Below are positions 8,914-17,579 of a stretch of DNA of 26,898 nt, in pieces. A model generated the notes under the pieces. It saw only the letters and a list, made by a program, of their open reading frames with translations, was not told the origin of the DNA and ran no database searches. The position numbers and the translations under genes were made by a program. The first letter of the stretch is position 1; every line of letters starts with the position of its first letter. This DNA is from Candidatus Saccharimonadota bacterium (GTDB taxonomy: Bacteria; Patescibacteriota; Patescibacteriia; 2-12-FULL-60-25), in assembly GCA_022843095.1 (NCBI GenBank), contig JALHOH010000002.1:498891-525788 (forward strand). The letters run 5' to 3'.

Positions 8914-9601
8914 GTCGATTGCCGAGAGATCCGCCGAACACGCGTGACGTAAATTGCGCGTAGTTGTAGCGGAAATTTCGACGAGTTCTTGTCTGGTCAA
9001 AATATCAGTCGAACTCAATCTTATTCAATCCGTAACCCAGATTGGGCACCCGGTGGGCACACAATTGAGGATCGTCTGAATACTTTCAAGGAGGCCTTCC
9101 TGCCTCAATGAGAAGGCTACCGAACGCGCCGCATTCTCGCAAGCGGCGCTTTTCGGGTTGGTCAACCAAGGGAGCGGTGTTCGAAGTGTGGCTGACGCTC
9201 GTTTCCTGTTCGACCCGCCACGAGCAACCACGGAAGGAATGACGTTGTCGCTGCCCAACAACGACAGATGTGGTGCTTGCGGCCACACAGGGCGCTTCGG
9301 CGCCTTCGCCGACGCCGGGTCCCCGCCTCGACAAGCTCCACAGCGGCGCGCGGGACCGGAACGGCCTGAGTATGTCGGCCAGTACAATCGGCAAAGCTTG
9401 GTCTGTGCCCGCGCCGCTCGTGTACCGCTCACGGGAGCGTGATCCACGAACGACATGAACAAATGATTGACTCATGAACATCGCAACTGAGCTTTCACCC
9501 GCCGACGATGACCGTGCGCTACTCACGACACCATCGAAGACCGCGCACTTGTCCATGCACCTCCGCCGAAGGCCAACACACCAACCACAGTATTGAAACT
9601 A

Positions 9602-9630
9602 TTGACAAAATCGTCCGGTTCTGCTATGAT
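9602..9630 (+). promoter_or_regulatory. Near-consensus sigma70-type promoter
   Basis: TTGACA (9602-9607), a 17-nt spacer, then TATGAT (9625-9630). It lies about 150 nt upstream of the ATG at 9781. Confidence 0.5.
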
Positions 9631-9780
9631 TATGAGTACAAATTACTCTTTTGTGAGTAGGCAGGTTTTTGAAACGAACTCGACCACAGATGTTTCGCGC
9701 ACCGGATAGAGACGACGTTTTAGAGACGTGTCGATTCACTAGTTATTGTGACTAGTTTTCGATACGGGGAGGTACAGCGC

Positions 9781-10059
9781 ATGAGTCACTCAATGCTTGA
9801 CGCGCGCGGCAAGGAACGCGTGGAGTTTCAACGTGATGAAGTCTACCTCCGCGCGGGCACCTTCCCGCCGGACATCCTCGAGATCGCGGATCGGATGCTT
9901 CGCGCGCACGATCCGTACGTCTACGACCTGCTTCCTCCGCCGAACTACGATCGCGACGACTGGACACCAGATCTCAATGAGTTCCGCTATCGATACGCGG
10001 AACTGTATGGGGTAGCGCCTACTTATTGCCCGACGTTGCCATCCGGCGACTACGCATAG
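9781..10059 (+). CDS. Hypothetical small protein (92 aa)
   Basis: An internal ATG of ORF 9748..10059 is preceded by GGGGAGG 8 nt upstream. The protein starts MSHSMLDARGKERVEFQRDEVYLRAG and is followed by a terminator. I recognise no family. Confidence 0.5.
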   Translation: MSHSMLDARGKERVEFQRDEVYLRAGTFPPDILEIADRMLRAHDPYVYDLLPPPNYDRDDWTPDLNEFRYRYAELYGVAPTYCPTLPSGDYA

Positions 10060-10082
10060 TCTCCGGCCGCGCCGTTCCCCAA

Positions 10083-10106
10083 GCCTCTCAAGATGAGAGG
10101 TTTTTT
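10083..10106 (+). terminator. Rho-independent terminator
   Basis: cctctc-aagat-gagagg is followed by tttttt. It sits between the convergent 92-aa ORF and the 579-aa gene. Confidence 0.7.
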
Positions 10107-10121
10107 GTTTCGACGCCGAGT

Positions 10122-11861
10122 TTAGATTGTCGGAGAATTCCCGCCAGAATCGGCTGTTCCCCCGAAGAGTTCGGCAACGCCTTCGCCGGAAAACAGAAGC
10201 CCTAGCGCGGTCGAATTCCCTGCGGAATGAGCGTCGAGCCAGGGAAAAGTTCCCAAGACAGAGTACGACGGCCCCGCGATCCATCCGTTCCAATCGGTTG
10301 ATGTGTCAACGACTACCCGAACACCGAGTTTCTGCAACTCGGCTTCCGCGGTCGTTCGTTGGGCGTCTGCGGATGTTTCGAGGGCAGAGCAGTACACCGA
10401 AACAGGCCCCTTCACTGAATCGGCGAATCGTTGTACGAGGGAGAGCGTCTTCGTGGCTTCGCTCTGCCATCCAAGCGCCCCGAGCGTGAAATTGGCGAGG
10501 TTGTCGGTCTTGTGCGTCAGCATCCGGAGAACGCCAAGGTGCTCAGGACCGCGAAGAATTTGGACGGAAAACTTTCCCGTGGCGGCACCACGCCTCGCAG
10601 CAAGTTCGCCTGCGTAGCCGTCCAACTTGACAGCAACTGCACGACCGTCGCTATCGGTCTCGAAGGAATCTGACAACGTTCGCAGGACACGCGCAAGACC
10701 CTGTGGATCTCGAAGACGCACCGAGAACGTGCGCACGGACCCGGCGGCCGTTTTCAGCCAGCAATCAGAGCCCCAAAACACATCAAACTGGTCATGGCGA
10801 TCCACCAGCAGAGCCGCACCGCTCCCCGAATATTTCGTGAGCAACAGCTTGCCGGCAACATTGTCCTGCTCTCCGTGAAATCGCAGCTTCTTCAACCGTG
10901 CGACAGCTTCTTTGTCAGTCGTGGATTGAAACGAGTACCCGACAATCACCGTCATTCCACGAGCGATGGCGGCCTCAATGTCTGGCGCCACCGCTTCGAT
11001 CTGTGGCAGTGACAGGCGCGGCGACAACACCGCTGCCCAGCGCACATCAGTCGAGCGGAGTGTATCGCGAAGGAGTTGTCGATGTGCCTCCACAGTGGTC
11101 AAGACATCTGCGCGATCAATCGACTCGGTCCAATCCGACGACGATTGCGTTGACACTCCTTCCGCTATCCGGCTATTCAACTTGAGGATCGAACGACTGA
11201 TTTTGTCAGACTGTGTTTGTGGCTGACGTTCCGCAGCATCAATGCAGTCGAGGGCGAGAGTGTCGATCCACCGCCTTGGAATGCCCGACACGGTTCGGCG
11301 GGCGAGATCGACATCTGCCATCGCAAACAATCCCGATGCCTGCTCGAGCACAACATCGTTGATCGAGTGGATCCACTGCCCCATGTCTCGGCGGAGCATT
11401 GGATCGACGGCACCGCGTTCCACAGTGTTTGGCAATTCACCGCGGCGGAGTACAGGTGGCTGTTCCACGAGTCCACGCAGCTCGCGACCGCGCACGAGAG
11501 CGATTTCGTGCTGTGCCGCAAGTTGACCAGCCGTCCGTTCCTCGAAGATTGCCATCGAGCGCACCGTCAGAGTGCGCCCCTTCGGCAAGGCATCCTGCTG
11601 TGCGAGTGCGGCTTGGCCCGCCGCTGTCACCACAAAGTTCTCTGACTCCGAGGCGATGGCTAGCCAACCAGCGTGCATCAACGTGACCACGGCCTCGATC
11701 AACACGCGGCGGTGCAGAGCGAAGAGCTGATGAATTGCATCGAGGGAGGTATGCCCTTGCTGCACGGCCTGCAGCAGCAGACGCTCAAGCGGCGAGTAGG
11801 GACGCCCTTGTCCAACAGTATACGACACACGATGCCGACGTAGAGGAATGAGAACGATCAT
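10122..11861 (-). CDS. wHTH + tandem PLD-like (HKD-less) protein; partner of the kinase-helicase (Mokosh MkoB-like position)
   Basis: 579 aa. The start ATG overlaps the upstream stop (ATGA at 11858-11861). The N-terminus is winged-helix-like (SPLERLLLQAVQQGHTSLDAIHQLF...). Two segments have a PLD-type layout: VRWAAVLSPRL..IEAAIARGMTVIVGY..AALLVDRHDQFDVFWGSDCWL and LQKLGVRVVVDTSTDWNGWIAGPSYSVLGTFPWL. None of the 13 His residues sits in an HxK context. Confidence 0.55.
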   Translation of the reverse strand: MIVLIPLRRHRVSYTVGQGRPYSPLERLLLQAVQQGHTSLDAIHQLFALHRRVLIEAVVTLMHAGWLAIASESENFVVTAAGQAALAQQDALPKGRTLTVRSMAIFEERTAGQLAAQHEIALVRGRELRGLVEQPPVLRRGELPNTVERGAVDPMLRRDMGQWIHSINDVVLEQASGLFAMADVDLARRTVSGIPRRWIDTLALDCIDAAERQPQTQSDKISRSILKLNSRIAEGVSTQSSSDWTESIDRADVLTTVEAHRQLLRDTLRSTDVRWAAVLSPRLSLPQIEAVAPDIEAAIARGMTVIVGYSFQSTTDKEAVARLKKLRFHGEQDNVAGKLLLTKYSGSGAALLVDRHDQFDVFWGSDCWLKTAAGSVRTFSVRLRDPQGLARVLRTLSDSFETDSDGRAVAVKLDGYAGELAARRGAATGKFSVQILRGPEHLGVLRMLTHKTDNLANFTLGALGWQSEATKTLSLVQRFADSVKGPVSVYCSALETSADAQRTTAEAELQKLGVRVVVDTSTDWNGWIAGPSYSVLGTFPWLDAHSAGNSTALGLLFSGEGVAELFGGTADSGGNSPTI

Positions 11862-14800
11862 CGCGACCTCCGAACGTCACTCGCCTGTAGTTTGAGTACT
11901 TCTCCGGACTTCATCTTTTCGGCCAGGTAGTCGATAGCGATACGCCAGTGCCCGAGTGGGTTATCCGGATCTCGCGGGATGTCCTTCACTACTCCAGAAA
12001 AGAAATCCCACGAACCAACCAACACCAACATCCGCTCGGCGCGAGAAAACAAGACGTTCATTCGTGTGGCATCTCGCAAGAAACCCAACGAGCGCCCGAC
12101 GTCACTTCCGTGGCGATTTCGAACTAGCGAAACCACCACCACGTCCGCTTGATCGCCTTGAAACGAATCCACTGTACGCACCAATTGGTTCGCCCGCTCT
12201 TTGTGGTTGCCGCGCTGCGCTCCTCGGTCTTCGATCGGCACGAACCACGCAGGCAGATTCCCCAGCGACGCAAACTTCTTGGTGAGCAAGTGCACTTGGC
12301 GTCGATACGGAGACAAGACTACGAGTCGAAGTGGTTTCGGAGGAGGAGTTGTAGGCGTGAGCGCGAATACGAAGTCGGAAAGCAGCTTCGCTTCTGGTTC
12401 CGATTCGTGCTCCGTCTCCTCTTCTCGAGAACGAGCCGCGGGGACATCGAGCCACACGATAGGGCAGCCCGATACTCCCAGCGGCGTCGAAAACGGGTGA
12501 ACAACGCGTGCGAGCGGAACTCCATCCTGAACGGTCATACTTTCGATCGGTTCGCGGTAGTACGCACTGGCGATCAGACCCGCGATTGCGGGGTGCATTC
12601 GATGCTGTTGCCACAGCATCATCGCCATCGCGTCGTCGCTCGCCTCGTCGCTACTTGCTTCATGTTCCCCGCTGGAGTTGCGGCATCGTTTGAACAACTC
12701 AGCAAACGTTGGCAACCACTCGCGCCAGAGACTGCGGCGATCGTCTCTCGCGCTTTCGTCGTCGAGGTCTCTCCACGTGCGAACCAGATCTCGATCAAGC
12801 AATCCCCCCGCGCCCGGCGCAAGTCTGTCGAGTTCATCCATCGCATCATCGATTCGGTCCAGCGCCTTTACAAAGTGGTCGAATCGGTAGGGCGGCAGCT
12901 GATTCTGATCCCCAACCAACAGCCAGCGGTGCCCTGCCTGGAGCGGGAGTACCAAGTCAAAGCCGTGCGCCTTTCCTGCTTCTTCGATGATCGACCAGTC
13001 GAAGGTCTGATGTCGCTTGGTCACGAAGTCGGCGAGATCGCGTGCGGTGGTCGTTCCGAATGTGACGCTGGCGGCATGTCGAAACAGCTCGATCATGTCG
13101 CGGGCACCGCTCGCGTCGTCACTTGTCGAGATTCCAGCAATGCCGTCCTCGAGCACCTTCAGCCACGCTCGTTCAAGTGCGGATTTGTCGTCTCGCTGCT
13201 CGACGATCGAAAGCACGCGACGCAACTCCCGCTCCGTTACTCGTTTGGGAGTGTCAGGATCGCCTCCATCTCCGTCCGGCCGATCCAGGCGGATGAGGTA
13301 CGGTCGTCGATCTTCTGGGATTGTGCTCAACATTTCGCGAACACGGTCACGGAGAACATCGACGGCGGCGTGGGCCTGCGCCGAGACGAGTACCTGCGCA
13401 ACAGGATCGTCTTCGAAGATTTGGGCGAGCAAATTCGCAACAAGAGTCGTCTTGCCTGTGCCGGGCGGGCCCTGTAGCGCAAACACAGGTCGCGTCCGCC
13501 AGATCCGCCGCAATGCCTGCTGTTTCGCCTTGTCGAGCTTTGCCGCTTCTCGCTGCAGCGGCAAGTCGGTTTCCGCAGAGTCCATGCGAAAAAAGTCGGG
13601 CGAGAGCAGAGATCGCATCAAGTAGCCATGATGACGAAGACGTTCGATTGCGTCTTTTCTGCGATGCAGAAGGCTGTACTGAAGAAAATAGTCTTTTGCG
13701 CGTAAGCAACCCTTGCTCGGTGCCGCCTGAGGTTGCTGCTGCCTGCGCAGGTGCACGATGTCGCCATCTATCCCGTCGACGGTCCAGTATTCGTATTCGT
13801 TGATGCGCCCCTGGACCGACAGTGCGCGGTCCTCCCCGAGGAACACGAGATCGCCGTTCACACTGTCAGCTGCCAGTTGCCGCAAATGCCCCGTCATGCC
13901 ATCTTTGGGGCGAACAAAGTCAAACACAGACGCGCTTGGCGGGATCTCACGAATTGAACGATATTCGACACCTCCTTCAGCGCGGTGCGAAACAGTTTCG
14001 TAGTCAAATATTTCAGATGCGCGAAACATCACCTCAATCTGATTTGTCAGTCGAAAGAACTCATGAAGCCGTTCGAATCGATCCCGATCGACGGCTCCGG
14101 GATCGAGAACAGGCAAGAGCGGTTTCCACGGGAGCGACTTTCGCCGAATCGCATCGGCGTCTCTCTTTACACTAGAGAGCAGGTGTACGCTGATCTTGGT
14201 ATTGCTCAGAACGACAGGCGATACTCCGACGGGATTGTAGGCGTTCTGCGCCGGCCTGCCGCAATACGCAATCGCCCAGTCTCCGGCGGGATCATTCGAG
14301 CGATCGCGGTATTCGGTGAGGTGGTACATGAGTCTTCGGCCAACTAGACCGACGCTCATTCGAGCTGGCTCCAGGCGCCCAAGAACACGCGCATCCAGCA
14401 AATCCTGTGCAATAAACTCGCGCTGTCGTTCTATGTCGTTCGCCGGAATCTTCGGCTCTTCATCGATGATTGCCGCCGTGAGGTCGCTGCCTGGACCAAG
14501 GTTGACCGCAAGTGCGAGTTGGGCATCTTTCGGCGCGATGGTTGTTCGCTGAAGGTGCGAAAGGATCTGGCCGATTCGCTGGTCGATCTCGTCCGCGCGC
14601 GACAGACGAGTGGACTCATCCCTTGCGATCAGGTCTGAAATTAGTTCAATTTCGTGCGGAATGAGCTTGGGCTTCCCTTTTAGTGTATCCCGGAAGTCGT
14701 CGAGATTTCCCTCGATTCCTCCAACGAATACCCAGGCGATGAGCGCCCCGAAGTCGAGCCAGTCCTGCGCAAAGGAAGCCGGTGTGTCGCGACGTGCCTG

Positions 14801-15364
14801 ACTTGCTCCTCGAGCAGCACCAAGACGCACGGTCCATTCGAACCCACCGAGGCGCATCGACAGCGGCCCATCAGCGGCGTTGAGAAACACGCTGCGGGCC
14901 GTCAGCGCTCGGTGGATCATCTGCTGTTCATGCAAGCGACCAAGCCCGCGGCTGAGGTTTCGTACGCCTTGCCAAACCCCCACTCGTGCCGAAGCGTCGT
15001 GCAGCCCGCGTAGCCAGTCGGTTCTACCTCGCTGCTTGAGCAGATCGTGCAGCGGCGTGACTCCTTCAACCGCGAGCGCCATCACGAATCGCTGGGCAGG
15101 TTGGTCGATCCCCGCGGCACGCAGCGTGACAAGCTCGCGTTCGATTCCAGGTAGGCTCGCTAGACGAAAGAGGTGTCGAATCTCGACGTCCCACAGCGCA
15201 CGCTCGATATCAGTGGGTCGGCCTCTTCGAAACTCCCATGCCTTGATGAGATGTGGCGCCGAGTATCGGTTTTCGCCCTCCCAAATGTCAGCGCCCTCGA
15301 TGGATGGGAGTTGACTAACGAGCGTGAATCGCCCGTCCAGAAGTTGCTGCCCCTGCACTAGCAT
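11858..15364 (-). CDS. Large fusion protein: N-terminal Ser/Thr-kinase-like domain + C-terminal SF1 Upf1/DNA2-type helicase (AAA_11/AAA_12, COG1112-like); Mokosh MkoA-like
   Basis: 1168 aa. Kinase-like motifs are HLIKAW (K41), WDVEIRHL, IHRALTARSVFL and RLGGFEW. Helicase motifs are FALQGPPGTGKTT (Walker A), WSIIEEAGKA, LLVGDQNQLPP, VDSFQGDQADVVVVSLVRN and GFLRDATRMNVLFSRAERMLVLVG. Confidence 0.75.
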   Translation of the reverse strand: MLVQGQQLLDGRFTLVSQLPSIEGADIWEGENRYSAPHLIKAWEFRRGRPTDIERALWDVEIRHLFRLASLPGIERELVTLRAAGIDQPAQRFVMALAVEGVTPLHDLLKQRGRTDWLRGLHDASARVGVWQGVRNLSRGLGRLHEQQMIHRALTARSVFLNAADGPLSMRLGGFEWTVRLGAARGASQARRDTPASFAQDWLDFGALIAWVFVGGIEGNLDDFRDTLKGKPKLIPHEIELISDLIARDESTRLSRADEIDQRIGQILSHLQRTTIAPKDAQLALAVNLGPGSDLTAAIIDEEPKIPANDIERQREFIAQDLLDARVLGRLEPARMSVGLVGRRLMYHLTEYRDRSNDPAGDWAIAYCGRPAQNAYNPVGVSPVVLSNTKISVHLLSSVKRDADAIRRKSLPWKPLLPVLDPGAVDRDRFERLHEFFRLTNQIEVMFRASEIFDYETVSHRAEGGVEYRSIREIPPSASVFDFVRPKDGMTGHLRQLAADSVNGDLVFLGEDRALSVQGRINEYEYWTVDGIDGDIVHLRRQQQPQAAPSKGCLRAKDYFLQYSLLHRRKDAIERLRHHGYLMRSLLSPDFFRMDSAETDLPLQREAAKLDKAKQQALRRIWRTRPVFALQGPPGTGKTTLVANLLAQIFEDDPVAQVLVSAQAHAAVDVLRDRVREMLSTIPEDRRPYLIRLDRPDGDGGDPDTPKRVTERELRRVLSIVEQRDDKSALERAWLKVLEDGIAGISTSDDASGARDMIELFRHAASVTFGTTTARDLADFVTKRHQTFDWSIIEEAGKAHGFDLVLPLQAGHRWLLVGDQNQLPPYRFDHFVKALDRIDDAMDELDRLAPGAGGLLDRDLVRTWRDLDDESARDDRRSLWREWLPTFAELFKRCRNSSGEHEASSDEASDDAMAMMLWQQHRMHPAIAGLIASAYYREPIESMTVQDGVPLARVVHPFSTPLGVSGCPIVWLDVPAARSREEETEHESEPEAKLLSDFVFALTPTTPPPKPLRLVVLSPYRRQVHLLTKKFASLGNLPAWFVPIEDRGAQRGNHKERANQLVRTVDSFQGDQADVVVVSLVRNRHGSDVGRSLGFLRDATRMNVLFSRAERMLVLVGSWDFFSGVVKDIPRDPDNPLGHWRIAIDYLAEKMKSGEVLKLQASDVRRSR

Positions 15365-15468
15365 GACCGGTCACCTCTTGAGCAAAGAGAACAGTATGCA
15401 CGCCCCGGTCCTCCCAACGCTGGCCCGTCAACGAGCTGGAGTTTGGAGTAACGCGGTGGTCACCATTC

Positions 15469-15496
15469 GACGACACCCCATCTACGCCGTGTCGTC
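15469..15496. repeat. 8-bp inverted repeat upstream of the kinase-helicase gene
   Basis: gacgacac (15469-15476) and gtgtcgtc (15489-15496) with a 12-nt spacer, about 105-130 nt upstream of the ATG at 15364. It may be an operator or a hairpin. Confidence 0.25.
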
Positions 15497-15721
15497 AATC
15501 CGAAATCTGCGGAAAAATGGCGAACGGGGATGCCGTCGTACATTGCGCCCAGTTCGGGAGGACTCGCCGAGTCTCTTCGGCGTGCTGTTTGGTATATTGC
15601 AAGCGGACAGCCGCGACCGACGTATTCGCGTGAAGCGACTTAGGCGCGTAGCGGTTTGAATCGATCCCGGCGATTGGTGGGCGCGATTCCAGCGGCAGAC
15701 GACACGGGCTTGCCGCGAGCG

Positions 15722-15997
15722 CTACAAGTTCGTCGCGATACCCGAGGCTTGGATCGCGCGGACGAGCTCGCCGACCTGCGCGGCGCTGAGCGAGGGCGGT
15801 TCCACCTCCTGCGAGGCAAGGATGCCGTCGAGGAGCGGCTCGAGGTCGACGCCCGCGCCGCGGAACACGGCTTCGAGGCGCTCAAAGAGCTCTCGGCTGC
15901 GGGGCCCGAACGTATCTGCGCCTCCCTGTCGCCGCACGAGTGCGAGTTGCGCAAGCGAGGCAAGCACAACCTCCTGACTCTTGTTCAACGCTGTCAT
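15722..15997 (-). CDS. Hypothetical protein (91 aa), high-GC block
   Basis: ORF with strong GC3 bias in this frame (MTALNKSQEVVLASLAQLALVRRQ...). I recognise no motif. Confidence 0.5.
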   Translation of the reverse strand: MTALNKSQEVVLASLAQLALVRRQGGADTFGPRSRELFERLEAVFRGAGVDLEPLLDGILASQEVEPPSLSAAQVGELVRAIQASGIATNL

Positions 15998-16138
15998 ATT
16001 CTGACACCAGTGAACCGCCTGCGCGCACAGCCGTCAAGGCGGACGGAAGCGCGAATTCCCGGTTCTTTCAGCGGCGAAGTTACGCTCGCAGCGAACCACG
16101 CGGCGGTCACGCAGCGCGATCCTCGCGAACCTCAGTCC

Positions 16139-17536
16139 TCACACGCACGTCCCCCGGCAGCAGGACTGCCCCACCCCGCACGCGTTCCCGCAGCGACCGC
16201 AGTGCTGGTTCGAGTTGAACGGGCAGACGGTTGCGCCGCCGCAAATCGTGGTCCCGCCCGAGCAGCTCGGAGACGGCGTACACGCGCCTGCCGCGCAGCC
16301 TTCGCCGCAGCCGCAGCGCCGCCCGCAGCCGCCGCAGTTCATTGGGTCGTCCGAAACGCTGATGCACGTCCCACCGCAAAGCTCTGTGCCCGCAGGGCAC
16401 GCGCAACGCCCGCTCACGCAGCTCACGCCGCTCGGGCACACCGCTCCGCAGCGCCCGCAGTTGAACGGGTTGGTCTGCGGGTTCACGCAGCCAGGGCCAG
16501 GGCAGTAGATCTCGCCGGCCGTCATGCAGTCGGAGCACATGCCCGCAACGCAGTGCTGCCCGGCGCCGCAGGCGTTTCCGCAGCGCCCGCAGTTACGGGT
16601 GTCGTTCTGCGTATTGACGCAGATCGGACTCATCGCCGTCCCACACAGCGTGGGGCGATCCGCTGGACAACGGCACATCCCCGCTTCGCAGACGCCGTCC
16701 CGGCCGAACATGCGCGTGCAGTTTGTCGTGCAGTTCCCGCAGAAGAACGGGTTCGTCATGAAGTCCACGTTGCACGCAGTGACGCCCGTGATGCGGAGAT
16801 CCCCGGACTGGCTGCTGCCCAGGTACTCGATCGTGGTGTCGCAGCGCGCCCCGCTTCCTGCTGCGCAACGGCAAGCTCCCGCGACGCAGTCTGCGCCGTT
16901 CGGCACGTTGATCGAGCTCCGATAGCCGAGGAAGTCGTAGCAGAGCACCGCGCGATCACAGCCGAGCCCGCAGCCACCGTTGCCCGTCTCGGGGAGACAC
17001 GAGGAGCCACACGTCTGCACGCCGTCGTCGACGCGGCCGTCGCAGTTGTCGTCGCGCACATTGCAGCGTTCGGACGCTGCCGGGTGTACGAGCGGATCAG
17101 CGTCGTCGCAGTCGGAGCCCCCGCAAACGAGCGGCGGATAGCCGTCCATGTCCCCGTCGAGCGGCTCGGAGCGACACGTTCGAGACGCCGCGTCACAGCG
17201 CTCCATTCGCGTGCAAGGATCCATGTCGGCGCAGTCGCTATCGCCTCCGCACGCGCGCCCCATCACACAACCGCGCCGTGGGTCACAATACGCGCCGGCG
17301 GTGCAGCGTGCCGCGACCACAGGGTGGACGCAGCGGCCAAGATCGCAGCGATCGACCGTGCAATCGATGCCATCGTCGCACTCCGCCGCAGAGGAGCAGC
17401 CGACGGCGCTGCCATCCACGACCGCGCCATCCATCACCGCGATGGCACCGTCTCGGCCGCCTCCATCGGGTCCAGGAGGAGGCGGCGACGTACAGCCGAA
17501 GGCGAGCAACACAACGAGCAGAGCGAAGCGCGACAC
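16139..17536 (-). CDS. Secreted cysteine-rich repeat lipoprotein (MopE-like metal-binding motif + repeated NCGxCGxxC modules)
   Basis: It has a signal plus lipobox-like MSRFALLVVLLAFGC, then DGYPPLVCGGSDCDDADPLVHPAASERCNVRDDNCDGRVDD. At least five modules follow, such as DTRNCGRCGNACGAGQHCVAGMC, NPFNCGRCGAVCPSGVSCVSGRC, DPMNCGGCGRRCGCGEGCAAGAC and NQHCGRCGNACGVGQSCCRGTC. This style is common in Myxococcota-like genomes. Confidence 0.7.
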   Translation of the reverse strand: MSRFALLVVLLAFGCTSPPPPGPDGGGRDGAIAVMDGAVVDGSAVGCSSAAECDDGIDCTVDRCDLGRCVHPVVAARCTAGAYCDPRRGCVMGRACGGDSDCADMDPCTRMERCDAASRTCRSEPLDGDMDGYPPLVCGGSDCDDADPLVHPAASERCNVRDDNCDGRVDDGVQTCGSSCLPETGNGGCGLGCDRAVLCYDFLGYRSSINVPNGADCVAGACRCAAGSGARCDTTIEYLGSSQSGDLRITGVTACNVDFMTNPFFCGNCTTNCTRMFGRDGVCEAGMCRCPADRPTLCGTAMSPICVNTQNDTRNCGRCGNACGAGQHCVAGMCSDCMTAGEIYCPGPGCVNPQTNPFNCGRCGAVCPSGVSCVSGRCACPAGTELCGGTCISVSDDPMNCGGCGRRCGCGEGCAAGACTPSPSCSGGTTICGGATVCPFNSNQHCGRCGNACGVGQSCCRGTCV

Positions 17537-17579
17537 GGAGGGACTCCTGCGGTTGAGGGGCTGGGGCCTCCTCGCTCAC

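Noticed and set aside
8776-9018. 80-aa minus-strand ORF
   Set aside because: It spans the tRNA fragment and the terminator hairpin, and its composition is implausible.
12149-13477. 442-aa plus-strand ORF inside the helicase gene
   Set aside because: It is antisense to a frame with a complete, ordered set of SF1 helicase motifs, and it has no motifs of its own.
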